Origin: Azolla caroliniana | Taxonomy: Eukaryota; Plantae; Polypodiophyta | Assembly: GCA_043228905.1 (NCBI GenBank) | Contig: JBHGNT010000015.1 | Span: 8,742,001-8,806,000, forward strand | Reading direction: 5' to 3' | DNA: 64,000 nucleotides | Part shown: positions 13,325 to 25,401 of the stretch, piece after piece | How positions within the stretch are numbered: the stretch's first letter is position 1 | How the letters are laid out: each line of letters opens with the position of its first letter | Notes under the pieces: generated by a model | The model's database searches: none | What the model saw: the letters and a program-made list of their open reading frames with translations, nothing else | Told to the model about the DNA's origin: nothing | Made by a program: the position numbers and the translations under genes

Positions 13325-14170
13325 TAGTTCCCATATTACACAACTAGTACTAATCGTGAACAATGTACTACTCACTTAGTCAAATTACACAAGGAGTACT
13401 AATCATGAACAATGTACCACTCACTTAGTTGCCGAATTACACAAATAGTATTAATCATGAACAATGTACTAATCCTGAACAATATACTACTCACTTAGTT
13501 CCTAAATTATTGAACTAGTACTAATAAGGAACATAAGTAGTACTAATAATGAACAATGTATTGCTCACTTAGTTCCCAATTTACACAAGTAGTACTAATC
13601 ATGCACAATGCACTACTCACTTAGTTCCCAAATTACACAAGGAGTACTAATCCTGAACAATGTACTACTCACTTAGTTCCCAATTTACAAAACTAGTACT
13701 AATCATGAGCAATGTACTACTCACTTAGCTCCCAATTTACAAAACTAGTACTAATCATGAGCAATGTACTACTCACTTAGTTCCCAATTTACAAAACTAG
13801 CACTAATCATGAGCAATGTACTACTCACTTAGTTCCCAATTTACAAAACTAGTACTAATCATGAGCAATGTACTCCACACTTAGTTCCCAATTTACAAAA
13901 CTAGTACTAATCATGAGCAATGTACTACTCACTTAGCTCCCAATTTACAAAACTAGTACTAATCATGAGCAATGTACTACTCACTTAGTTCCCAATTTAC
14001 AAAACTAGCACTAATCATGAGCAATGTACTACTCACTTAGTTCCCAATTTACAAAACTAGTACTAATCATGAGCAATGTACTCCACACTTAGTTCCCAAT
14101 TTACAGAACTAGTACTAATCATGAACAATGTACTACTCTCTAAGTACTAATCGTCAACAATGTACTACAA
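13325..14170. repeat. 52-bp minisatellite in the intron after the RING exon
   Basis: Unit ACTAGTACTAATCATGAGCAATGTACTACTCACTTAGTTCCCAATTTACAAA; period 52; nearly identical copies at about 13690-14130. Confidence 0.95.
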
Positions 14171-14830
14171 GTATAGTGTGTACTAACACTTGTACTAGGC
14201 ACGTTGTAATATAGATTGGACTAACATCTAATCCAACAAATGTAGATTGGATTTTAGTACTAACGTGGTATTTTGCACACAAGTAATACTAAACGTGATA
14301 TGTGTTCTACACACCTAGTTACATAACTTGTACTAATTACACCAACAATATTAATCTTGAACAATATTAGTACTAAATGTGATATGTGTTTGACACACCT
14401 CATTTCCAAATTACACAAACTATACTAATATTCAACAATTTACTATACACCTTGTTCCCAAATTACATAACTAGTACTAATTCCCAAGTTACACAAACAA
14501 TATTAACAATCAACAGTGTACTACAAGTATAGTGTCTACTAAACTAGTACTAGGAAAGTTGCAATATAGATTGGACGATGTTGTACCTGGTTCCCTTTTA
14601 GTACTAATTCTGGAAAATATCCCTTCAACTACACATACCAATTATATATTAAGAGTACTGCCAATACTAACCCACATAATTAGGGTTCCACATATTAGTT
14701 GTTAGAGATACACTAATACTAATCCATTGTTCTCCTAAATTTGAAGTATGAATTGTGGCGTACACTAGTTCTAATCCAAATGTAAATTGACATCATCTAA
14801 TACAAACAATAGAATAGTAGAGCCACATAC

Positions 14831-15015
14831 CGTACGGGTGTACTTTTAAACCCCAAGCATAGTACCACTCAGCCGCAATTGTAGTTTTACAGTCCATACA
14901 TGTATTCTCTTTCTCAAAATGATACTTAGCACATAGCACATGATATGTGTGCAAGCACGGTGTAATCACAACATCCATAGCCTCCAGCTTGAATCCGAGG
15001 CCACAAAATATACAC
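14831..15015 (-). CDS. RING-H2 (C3H2C3) zinc finger exon, copy A
   Basis: CIFC-x15-CLHTYHVLC-x10-CMDC; 185-bp exon bounded by AG and GT. Confidence 0.85.
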
Positions 15016-17417
15016 CTGGCAGATTGCAAACACAAGTTATAATATATTAGCTAATATGATATTTATACCATAGAAGTAGAAATAAATAACTTTTAAAGTC
15101 AATATCGTGATATAGCTATACTAGTAATGGTACTTTCCATACCACTTGGGTGCTCAATTACAGATGGACACAAAGTTTCAAAACCTTTTTGTTTTAAATC
15201 CTGCATCAAGCACACAAGGTTCTTGGAATGCAACTTTTAAGTTGACAACTTATTATCTATTTCGGAATGTGCATTCCTGCAAGTATCAAGGTCTCTCATC
15301 TGTGAACCTAATTGAGTGCCCATATTGTTTAACTCTTTTTTCAACTCCTCTTTCAACACCTCACTTTCTGAATTTTGGATTGTCGATGCAATCCATTCAT
15401 ATGTAGTCTTTAATGAAGAGAATTTCTTTTCTGCCTGTATCTCAGCTGATTTAACTGCTTCCAAATAAGCAAGTAGTGCTTGTATTCTTGAGCTCATAGA
15501 AGCTATGCAACTGGCCATCATGTGTTCATTCTTTTCAGTCATTGTGGCCCATACCTTTGCAGATTGAACTTGGTGGACAGGTGTTGTAGCCAGAATATCC
15601 ACATGAGAGGTTCCCGATGACTTCAAGCCAGTGTTGGTACTGGAGGACCCTTTATAATGTTCTGACCAATGCCGATTAAAATCTTCCCAATCTACGTCGA
15701 TGCCACCTTGAACTTCACATGCAAATGCACGTGCAAAAATAGTACCCACCTCATTGTTACAGATTTGATTTGTATCATAAACATGTTCATATCTCGTCTT
15801 CGATAAGTTCACATATTCCCTCTTCAATCCACTTATGTGGAATCCTTGCCTTGTATCGGGATGTGCTGACCCCCAGGTTTTTATCAACCACTCTCTCAGC
15901 TCAGGATAAATTTCAAGTCATGCTCGAAGGAAATAACTCCATCCGAGAGGTGTGTCTCGAATGGAGTGGTACATCTTCTTTCTCTTGTGGGTGTCTTCTT
16001 GCTTTCGTTGATAGGTGTCCTTTTTCCTTCCTTCACTGGTGTCTTCACTTTCTCTTTCATCAATGTCTTCTTTATGGGTGTCCTTCTCGTCATTGTCCTA
16101 GTCATCACTATTCTCGTTGAATGAATATGCATGTACTAGAATAAAACTCATCAAATTACCATCAACACATAGCAAATCATCACATTGCATGTACAAGCCA
16201 TGTCAAACACCCAAAAACCCTAAATAGTCGGAAGAAAACTCATCCATGTCTAACACATACAAATTAAAAACAGACAGATAGGAAACATAGACAAAACGAA
16301 AACATACCAACAAAACAAAAACATAGCAACTCATCATAGCCAACTCCATCTAAGTTGCATGTACAAACCATGTCAAACACACAACCACCCTAAACAATCG
16401 GAAGAAAACTCATCCATGTCAAACACATACAAATTAAAAACAGACAGACAAGAAACACAGAGAAAATGAAAACATACCAGTTGGGCATGCAACACATAGA
16501 CTATGAATAATCAAAACCTTAAAATGCCCATACACATACAAATTAAAAACAGACGGACAGGAAACACAGAGAAAACGAAAACATACCAGTTGGGCATGCA
16601 GCATAGAGAATACCTGGACGTCGTACAAGTTGCACATGGATTGATGGGTCGAAGGTAGATCGAGCGAAGGTCAAGGCAGAGGTACCACACCTTGGGAGCA
16701 CACCAAGCCTTCAAAATCACCTATATGCAAGAGGTTGTTGACGAGGCTCCTGCAGAGGAGACAAACGAGCATACACAAGGAAAGAAAATCAACAACAAGA
16801 ACATCAATCCGGGGAAACAGAAATCTCTGCATATACAAAGACAAAGATCAAACCTGGCATAGAGGGGAACACAACAAAAACTACGCGGGGAAACAGAGAA
16901 TCGAAGGTGGAGTGAGAGAGAGAAAGAGAGAGATAGGTAATAGATATGTGTCGTCTTTCTAACTTTCTGCCACTGTCTGTCTGACAACTTCGAGATAGAA
17001 GAGAGAGAGAGAGAGAGAGAGAGAGACTAACCAACTATCACATTCGAAACCTTCTCCAGGTGTGCTTTCGTACAACTCTACCTAGGAGAATGAAGTTACA
17101 ATTAATGTATTAAATATGGCCTTGGGACATTTCAAGTGTGACGTATAATATCTTTGTACATTCGAGTGTAACGTAATGAATTTGTTATTTGAAATTGAAC
17201 ACCATTCAATAGATGATAATTGTTTTATTTTCAATTTTTAATGTTTATTTTCTTCCTCGATTTAGTACTAAATTTTTGGCCAAAAGTTCGTACACCGTAG
17301 CATGTTTTGACCCTACAATGTATAGAGTTCATGTTTAAAGTAATTTTTTCAAAATTGTTTCAAAATGTTTTGATATTTTATTTATTTATTTATAATTTGT
17401 TTTTTGGGAAAAAAACT

Positions 17418-18010
17418 TTAAACATGAATTCGATACATTGTATCAACTTTTGATGAAAACTCTAGTTTTTTCATCACTTCAAAAACAATTAAAAAAAAAA
17501 AGACCCAAAATAGATAGAAAAAATAAAAAAATAAAAAAATAAAAAAATCTTTAAACATGAACTCGATACATTGTATCGAGTTCACGTTGAAAACTCTGTT
17601 TTTAAACATGAACTCGATACGCCGTATCAAGTTCGTGTTTAAAAACAGAGTTTTCAGCGCGAACTCGATACGCCGTATCGAGTTCGTGTTGAAAAACTCA
17701 GTTTTTTGACATGAACTCGATACAATGTATTGAGTTTGTGTTTAAAACATTTAAACACGAACTCGATACGCCGTATCAAATTCATGTTGAAAAGTCAACT
17801 TTTCGACATGAACTCGATACAATGTATTCAATACAATGTATTGAGTTCATGTTTAAAGGTGTTTTTGGGGGGTTTAAAAAATAATAATTTTGGTTTTTTT
17901 CTATTTATTTTGGGTTCTTTTGGTTATTTTAAAAAAAGAAGTTGAAATGATGAAAAACCTGAATTTTTCATCACAAGTCGATACAATGTATTGAATTCAT
18001 GTTTAAAGTT
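17418..18010. repeat. Array of palindromic units (about 46-bp period at the core) at the foldback centre
   Basis: Units AACATGAACTCGATAC-(ATT/GCC/AAT)-GTATCGAGTTCATGTT separated by short A/T linkers. Confidence 0.9.
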
Positions 18011-20754
18011 TTTTTTTCCAAAAGAAAATAAAAATAAATAAAAATAAATAAAAATTAAAAAAATTAAAAAACAATAAAAAAAAATTGAAAAAGATTGAAA
18101 AAAAGTTGAAAAAAATTACTTTAAACATAAACTAGGTACATTTAACTGAATTGTGGTGAAAAATCTGGTCATCAAGTCAAGTTCGATTTTTTTATTTTTT
18201 ATTTAATTCGGGAAAAAAAACTTTGAACATAAATTTGATACATTTTATGGAATTGTGATGAAAACTCTGTTTTTTACATCAACTCAATACAATGTATGAA
18301 GTTCATGTTTAGAAATCGTTTTTTTTTTCAAATAAAAGAGGTTTAAGGTTTACATGAACTTGAATTGTACTAAAATATCTGTTTTGACAAGAGTAAAAGA
18401 TGCATATCGATGTTGTAAAGAATTATGTTGCACAACAAGATACCTTACGGTGAACATGTGCTTCCTTGATTAACATAAAACCATTAATAATTGTGTTGAT
18501 GGTAATTTAACCTTGCAAATGCCATTTACTTCACAAATTTTGTAGGGGAGTTCTCAAAATGAAGAAGAGGAGAGCACTGTGGATACCTTGATAAGTATGT
18601 GATATGTTCAAATTGATATATTAATGTTTACATCTAAGTTTGGCAGTTTTGACAATTTATGAATATCATCTACAGTTTATGAGTTCAAAATTGTTTATGA
18701 ATATTGTATACATTTCTTGAGTTGTAAATTTATGGATGTTAATGAGCACTAAATTTGTAGATGATGGCATTAAGGATTATAATGTTATCTCTTATACTTA
18801 AAACATTTTCAAGTCTAACAATAGATGTAACTTCCACTTCTGGAGCCTACATCTTCTCAAGATGGTGAAACCATTAATCTTAACTTGTGTGTTAAGTTAA
18901 CGATTGTGATTTTCTTTAAGTTAACTACATTTCATATTTTCAAACCATCAACGTTTAAGCATTGAAAAACTATTCAATTTTAAAAATTATTATTTTAAAT
19001 CTCAAAAAATTAACAAATTTTACATGCTATTTAAAACATGTGATATTGGTGTATCAAGTTTCTGAAAATCGCCTAAAATCACAAGATTATAAAAGGAATG
19101 TATAAGTGGAATGCGCGATCCTTCCACTTGTGAACCGTTCCAAAAATGGAATAGACCCAGCCTTTGTGATGACACACAAGGCTAACTCGATGAAGAAGAC
19201 CACTTCTGGGTTTGAAGGAAGTGTGGTATGTTGACTACGGAGCGTCAAACCATATGACGAGCCATGAATAATGGTTCTCATTCTTAGAAAAACCGGAGCA
19301 ACTGGGAGTTGTTGAAACCGGAGACGACGCATCGGTGAGGTCCCTCTCAACCATGTCGGGTAGAAGGGAAAGCTGATGAACGTCATGCACGTTCCGACAA
19401 TCACAAAGAATCTCGTGTTAGTCAGACAGATTGTCGATCAAGGGATGCAAGTTCGGTTCACACACATCGGGTGCTTCCTCATAGAAGAGGGCAAAGTCAT
19501 CACAAAGGGCGCTGAGACGGGAGGATGTTTATCCTCCAGACGAATGATGTTGGCATCGCTATGTTCACGAAGTTCTCATTCCTCCCTTCATTCCTCCCCC
19601 TCAAGTTCGGCATATTGAGGTACTGCACAACCAGTGCACCGGAAATTGCTACAACTTGTCCAAGCCGAGGGGTTTGGTGAAGATATCGGCCACCTGCCGA
19701 TCTGTCGGAACATGTAGCAGTTCCACTTCACTGGAGAGAACATGCTCTCGAACAAAGAGGCCAGACCTTGAGCTTGAAGGGGAGTGTTGAGATAGCAAGC
19801 TCAAACCCCTTGTACATATAAAACCCCACTATCTTATTAGGGCAATACTAGGTTTAGATATATAAAGGCTCACTGAACACCATTGTAATGAACTGGTTGT
19901 TTTTGTAATACAGTTCTATTTTTTTGTCTCGCTCACTCTCTTTGTATCACTATCTCTATAATTTACTAGTTTTTGTCTTGGTTTTTCATTGTTGTGATTC
20001 AGTTGAGCTAGGCCGACTGTGCATATAGACTTTCACAATATTTACAAACTCGTTTTGTGTGAGTGGGTGGTGCAGGTAGGTCAAGGTATTTCCTTGGAGC
20101 TTGGGCGGAATGGGTTGGATAGAGCACAGACAGATATTGAGCAAGGTCAGTGTCAAGACAAAGAGAGAGAGGGAGAGAGAGAGAGAGAGGAAAAGAGATA
20201 CAATGTTAAGATAGTAAGAGAGAATTGTTAAGAAAGCATTGTATTGCAATATAAGATGGAGTACAAAGAGTAGATAGTAGGGAGCTATAGGATGATGTTG
20301 AACCAATTTGGTTTTTGGAGGATTGATAGATCCCTATTTATAAGTCCCTATAGAGTAATATAGATTACTCTAGAATATTCTAGGACATTCTAGAATATAG
20401 AGTAATCAAGTAGTCTAGAAGGTCTAGAAGGTTCTAGCATATAGAACACTCTAGGGGTGAAAACACGCTACGGTGTACTAACTTTTGGCCAAAATTTTAG
20501 TACTAATTCGATGAGGAGGAAAGAAAAATAATCCAATATTTGGGTTAAAAAAGTTGAGGTTGTTGGGTCACAGTCCTAGGCAATGTTGTACGGAAATCTT
20601 AATTGTAGAAGATCTCGAGTAGTCACTCAATTATGAATATAGTAAGTATGTCTCTCTCTCGCTCTCTCTCTTGGCACATATGTTAATCTCGAACTATTAG
20701 TTAGTCTCTCTCCCTCTCCTTCTCTCCTTCCCCCTTGTACTCGCTGATTCCCAA

Positions 20755-20975
20755 GGTTCGTACCTCCTCTCTCCCTCTCTGTCTCTCATCTACCTTCCGT
20801 ACAGGTCTCTGCAGACTCCAAGCGCATCACTGCTAGTCGTTCGTACCTCCTCTACCCCTCTCTATCTCTCTTCTACCTTCCACACAGGTCTCTGCAGACT
20901 CCAAGCGTGTCACTGCTCGTAGTTCGTACCTCCTCTTCTCCTCTCTATCTCTCTTCCACCTTCTGCACAGGTCTT
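20755..20975. repeat. About 83-bp pyrimidine-rich tandem repeat (3 copies)
   Basis: GTTCGTACCTCCTCT...CTACCTTCC..ACAGGTCTCTGCAGACTCCAAGCG repeated. Confidence 0.8.
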
Positions 20976-21684
20976 TCAACCTCTCTAGGGTTAGTTGTGT
21001 TCTCTCTCCCTCAGCTGACCTTGTTCTCCCTCATTGTTAGGTGTTCTGTGCTCACCGTGTCCTAACGACATCGACCTCTGCTCTGCTGGCCGTGTCCCCT
21101 CTGCTGGTTGTGACCTCTGCTTTGCTCTACCTCCAGGTGTTCTCAAGTCACTATGTTCCCTCTACTTGGTGTGTCCGTTTGCTTGCAACCCATGCTTCAA
21201 ATGTGTCCCCTCTGCAAGGACTTCAGAAAGGTAATCCTACTATCTGCAACCCCAACGACATCTGAAAAGGTAATCCTGCTTTAGGCTTACCTTCACGTTC
21301 TGCTACATGTTAGGGTTTTGTTGTTGTTGTTCCTGTTGTTCTCCCTTGATCATTTCAGACACTTGTACATGCATATTCTTGAAATTGAGAGTGTTTGACA
21401 TGCATATGTCATTTATTGCATGATTTAGAATTTGGTTCATGTTGACATATTCGAAGATGGTTCTATGATGGTACGCTGCAATGATTTTCCATGGTTTAGC
21501 ATATATATGTTATGTTTTGGGAGTTAACATTATGTTGTAGGTTTTATCTTTGTTGATGTTTTTGTCTCATTGTTGTTGTTATTATACATGATTTAATCAT
21601 ATGATGAAAAAAGACAGTTGTGATTGATCTATTGTTATTTTCTATTGTTGTGTGTGTGAGGTGAAGAAGAGAGATAGGACTCAA

Positions 21685-24600
21685 ATGACAAGGAAGACAC
21701 CCACGAAGACGAAAATGGTCAAAGAAAATGTCAACACACCATGCAAGGAAAGAAAAAGGACCCCCATCAAAGAAAGTAAGATGATCCCCACCAGAGGGAG
21801 GTTTAGGTTGTCAACATCTCATGGCAAGAATATGTTCACAAACATCCTTCGAGGTAGAAAGTTAGGATGGGGATATTTCCTTCGTGCATGACCTGACACT
21901 TGTGAAAACGTAGACATGTGGATGATCAAAACATGGGGCTCATCACAACTAGAGACAAGGAGAGGTTTTCACCTCAATCAATTGAAGAAGGATTATATCA
22001 TTGAACTAAAGTCACGATATGAACAAGTTTATGATACAAAACATATCCTAAACAATGAGGTAGGAACTGTTTTTGCACATGCATTTGCATGTGGACTCCA
22101 TGGTGGCATTGAAGTTGATTGGGAAGATTTTGCTCATCATCGATCATCACATTATAGAGGGTCCTCAAGTAGCAACACTATGAAGTCTGAGGATACCTCT
22201 CACATTGAAATCCTAGCTAGGACATCTGTTTTGACTAAACAGATTGCAAAAGAAAGAGCTACACTAACAGAAAAGCATGAACAACGATTGTTGCATTGCG
22301 TAGCTTCCATGAAAACAAGAATGCAAGCGTTGCTCACCGATTTGGAAGAAGTTTCATCTAGTGAGATGGCGGCAGAGAAACAATTCAGATCTATATCGAA
22401 TACATACAAATGGATAACAACAACAATCCAACATTCTAGAAGCGATGTGTTGAAAGAGGAGTTGAAGAAGGAGCTGACAAATATGGGCACTCAACTAGGA
22501 AAACAAAAGAAAGATATGGAGACATGGAGGTCATCTCGTTCTGAAATTGATGATAAGTTATCAGCCTTAAAAATTCAATCTAAGAACCTAACATGTTTGA
22601 TGAAGGGTCTAAAAGATAAAGGTTTAGCATCCCATTTGCAATGAAAGTACCATTACAAGAATTACTGTATCAAGGTAATGGTTTATATTTTTACAAGTTG
22701 ACCTTCTATTGTATAAAATATCATCGTTGCTCATATAGTGTATGTTGTTTCTCGTATTTGAAGGTGTGTATTTTGTGGCCTTGGATTCAAGTTTGAGGCC
22801 ATGGATGCTATCATTACACCATGCTTGCACACATATCATTGTTTATGCGCTAAGTACCATTTTGAGAAAGAAAATATATGTTTACACTGTAAAAGTACAG
22901 TTGGCGCCGAATGGTACTTAACTTGGGGTTTGAAAGTACATTCCTATGGTATGTGATTAAGAACATATGTAATTTTTATACTATGCTTTTATAATTTTAA
23001 CATTTGGTTATGGTCTTATACCCATGAGTACTGTTCCTTGGTGATCATTTTTACATGATTCAATACTAACATTACTGATCACATTGTATTCCTTGGTAAT
23101 CAGTTGACAATGTGAATCTTATTTAGTATTGAGGATCTTAAATGTTTAGTTGTATAATTTGCACGTGCACTAACATTATTCATTACATTGTACTTTTTGT
23201 GTCCACTTGGCTTAGGCTCTAGATGACCGAACAAATAGGCATGAAGCTCTAGGTTTTTTAGTACTAACATTGTTCATTACATGAAATATGCATGTCCAAG
23301 TGGTTGTGTAATGTGCCCTCAAGTTCCTTGTTGGAGGATTCAATACTAACATTATTGATTACATTTTATTCCTCGGTGATTAGTTGATTCAGTACTGATT
23401 ATTTAGTACTGAATGTCTTAATTGATTCGTTGTATAACTTGTATAAGTATTAACACTGTCCATTACGTTGTACATTTTGTGTCCAGGTGGTTCAATATTG
23501 TTCTCTCAAGTTCCTTGATTGATGTTTTAGTTCTAACTTACTGATTACATTGTATCCTTTGGTGTTGAGTTGATTCAGTACTGATTATTTAGTAGGGTTT
23601 AGTTGTATCACTTGTATGTGTACTAACAAATAGGAGAACCGAACAAATAGGCTTTGGATGACCGAACAAATAGGCATGCAGGTCTTTTCTTTAGTACCGA
23701 ACAAATATCGATAGCATGTCCAGATGGTTCTGTATTGTGTCCTCAAGTTCCTCTTTGTTGTTTTAGTACCAATATTACTGTTACATGCATATTCCTTGGT
23801 GATCAGTTGGAACATGACTGATTTTTTAGTACTGAAGGTCTTAAATGTCCACTTGATTCAGTACTGATAATATTTGTAACATTGTAGTCATGTTAGAACT
23901 AATGTACGATTATAATATGAATGTTGTAGTATCAAGCAACACCACACCAGGGAAGGTTACTGACCGACTAGCCCCCGCGCTACTACGTACAAAGTCTGCT
24001 GCAAATTCCAAAGTCCATGGTCATTGCTTAGTGGTAAATGAGGAAATTTATGATGAAGATGAATGTATGAGAAAGGCCATTGGAACAGTTGAAGACATGT
24101 TGCTTCAAACAAATTCTCCTAGCTCGGCTCCCCTTGACTGTGTGAACGGTAATGCTAATTGTGTGTGAACTTTTAATAAGGCATTGTTGCTATACTTCTA
24201 ATTTCTTATGTTTTTCTATCAAAGAGCCTACAAATAAGTGTAATGCTATAAGGAAATTGTATGGAAAGGGGAAGAAATGCACAGTTCATTGTAGTGGTGG
24301 GTCATACAAATTCTCACAAACTTTGAGAGTTGTAAAGTTAATGACTTAGACTAAGACCACCTGCTTCTGTTGTTAGACAAGGAAGAAACCTTTAATGAAA
24401 ATGGAGATACCGATTCAGAGCCACAACATGAAGAAGAATTTATCGTCCTCGCAGCTACATGTTGTGAACCCTCTTATATAATAGTTATTTTGACCATATC
24501 ACCCAAGTGACAATAATGGTTTTGGTCTATTAATATATAGAAAGTGATGTAAAATCTTGGCATGATTCAGAGCCCCACTTGACATTGGTACCATCCCAAG

Positions 24601-25401
24601 CAATAATGATGAGTGTGATACCAATGCAAACCAGGTCTTGCAGCACATGACAAACACAATCATCTGCAAAGACTCATCTTCAAACGTTCCGGATGGAGAT
24701 GTAATAGTAGGTAAACGATTTTCCCTTAATCTAGTATGTTAATTGATATGGCTAGGTTCCTTCACTTTGTAAGAATAGAGGAACATGGAGATTCCCAAAT
24801 AGGATCAGATGATTTAGGCAGTCTATGGAGCAATCTTGATTTTTCAGACTTAGATAGCACCACACATGAAGAATGTGAAATCACCCAAGAAGAGGAGTTG
24901 AAGAACTTTGACAGTACCATAAACGTGGGGCAAGATTGTATCATTAAGGGGATTGTAGCTACCACCCAAGAAGAGGAACAAGGTGGTACTACGAATCACA
25001 TGTTTTACCAAAACACCGCAAGTAGCCTGCACATGGAACAAGATTGTACAAAGAACCAGGTGTCTAGCTTTAATCACAAGGAGTTTGCAATGAAGATGGC
25101 AACCACCCAAGTAAAGGAACATGTTTGTACTACAAATACCATGTTACTACAGAACACCGGTTCTACCCATGAAGAGCAGATTAATGCTAATACAATCGAC
25201 AAGATCTTCTTGGAAGTGTGTGTGTCTCAGGCAGTTGTAGTAGAGCACAAGGTTCCCTCAAGCTTGCCCCCCCCCTCTGATGATGAACTGCCACTTAGTA
25301 GTCTACTACCTCGTGGCTTTAAGATGAAGTAGAAGAAGGGTGTGGAATCTGAGAAGAGTGTAACAAAAAATAGGGGCATTACAAGATCTAGAAAAAACTA
25401 A
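21685..25401 (+). pseudogene. Second (cargo) gene of Sola2-like copy B
   Basis: Homologous to the copy A gene (MTRKTP, IKTWGS, NNEVGT.FA.AFAC, VDWEDF, DVLKEELKKEL, YDEDECMR.AIG, SDDE.PLS, ITRS); contains stops and frameshifts. Confidence 0.7.
22764..22948 (+). CDS. RING-H2 zinc finger exon, copy B (absent from the ORF track)
   Basis: Manual translation gives CVFCGLGFKFEAMDAIITPCLHTYHCLCAKYHFEKENICLHCKSTVGAEWYLTWG. The exon is 185 bp with AG/GT boundaries, the same length as in copy A. Confidence 0.85.

Larger units (their letters stand above)
11492..16105 (-). pseudogene. Second (cargo) gene of Sola2-like copy A: basic N-terminus, helical/coiled-coil domain, RING-H2 exon, acidic repetitive C-terminus
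   Basis: ORFs 15896-16132, 15237-15887, 14793-15035, 12969-13253, 12447-12782 and 11492-12418 are collinear with homologous segments in copy B. Exon boundaries other than the RING exon are approximate. Confidence 0.7.
5258..17313 (+). mobile_element. Sola2-like DNA transposon, copy A (12,056 bp)
   Basis: Termini GGGTGGAAGCACACTACGGTGTAC and GTACACCGTAGCATGTTTTGACCC. 4-bp TSD TACA (5254-5257 and 17314-17317). Encodes a DDD-type transposase. The Sola2 assignment rests on recalled hallmarks (GRG termini, 4-bp TSD, motifs). Confidence 0.85.
4860..18529. mobile_element. Foldback/MITE-like giant palindrome (about 1.6 kb without the Sola insert)
   Basis: 4860-5257 is the diverged reverse complement of about 18135-18529. 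17318 to about 17720 mirrors about 17720-18135. No ORF and no clear TSD. Confidence 0.75.
3936..19141. mobile_element. Non-coding element with asymmetric subterminal inverted repeats (about 1.5 kb once the nested inserts are removed)
   Basis: Perfect 24-bp IR GTTCACAAGTGGAAGGATCGCGCA at 3954-3977 and 19112-19135. Weaker IR at about 4010-4080 vs 19020-19080. AAAAAT flanks both sides, and copia B rejoins across the insertion. Confidence 0.75.
3279..19989 (+). mobile_element. Degenerate copia B remnant (3279-3935 plus 19142-19989), split by nested insertions
   Basis: The gag start (..NYASWLYKMHQYLLGHGYWS) matches copia C at 49117-49395. Homology resumes at 19148 (protease region, HVPTITKNL). 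PPT GAAGGGGAG and LTR start TGTTGAGATAGCAAGCTC at 19785. Confidence 0.8.

Noticed and set aside
14793-15887. Independent host RING E3 gene
   Set aside because: It is enclosed by TIRs and TSDs at the same relative position in two separate insertions, so it is element-borne.
5258-17313. True RAG/Transib homology (convergent genes, RING, asymmetric spacers)
   Set aside because: The termini are GGG rather than CAC, the TSD is 4 rather than 5 bp, and the transposase motifs are not RAG1-like. The RING is H2-type and lies in the partner gene, and no kelch or PHD domain is visible. Kept only as an analogy.
17418-18010. CRISPR-like array of palindromic repeats
   Set aside because: The linkers are short (about 10 bp), similar to each other and not unique spacers. 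There are no cas genes, the context is eukaryotic TE sequence, and the array is the core of a foldback.
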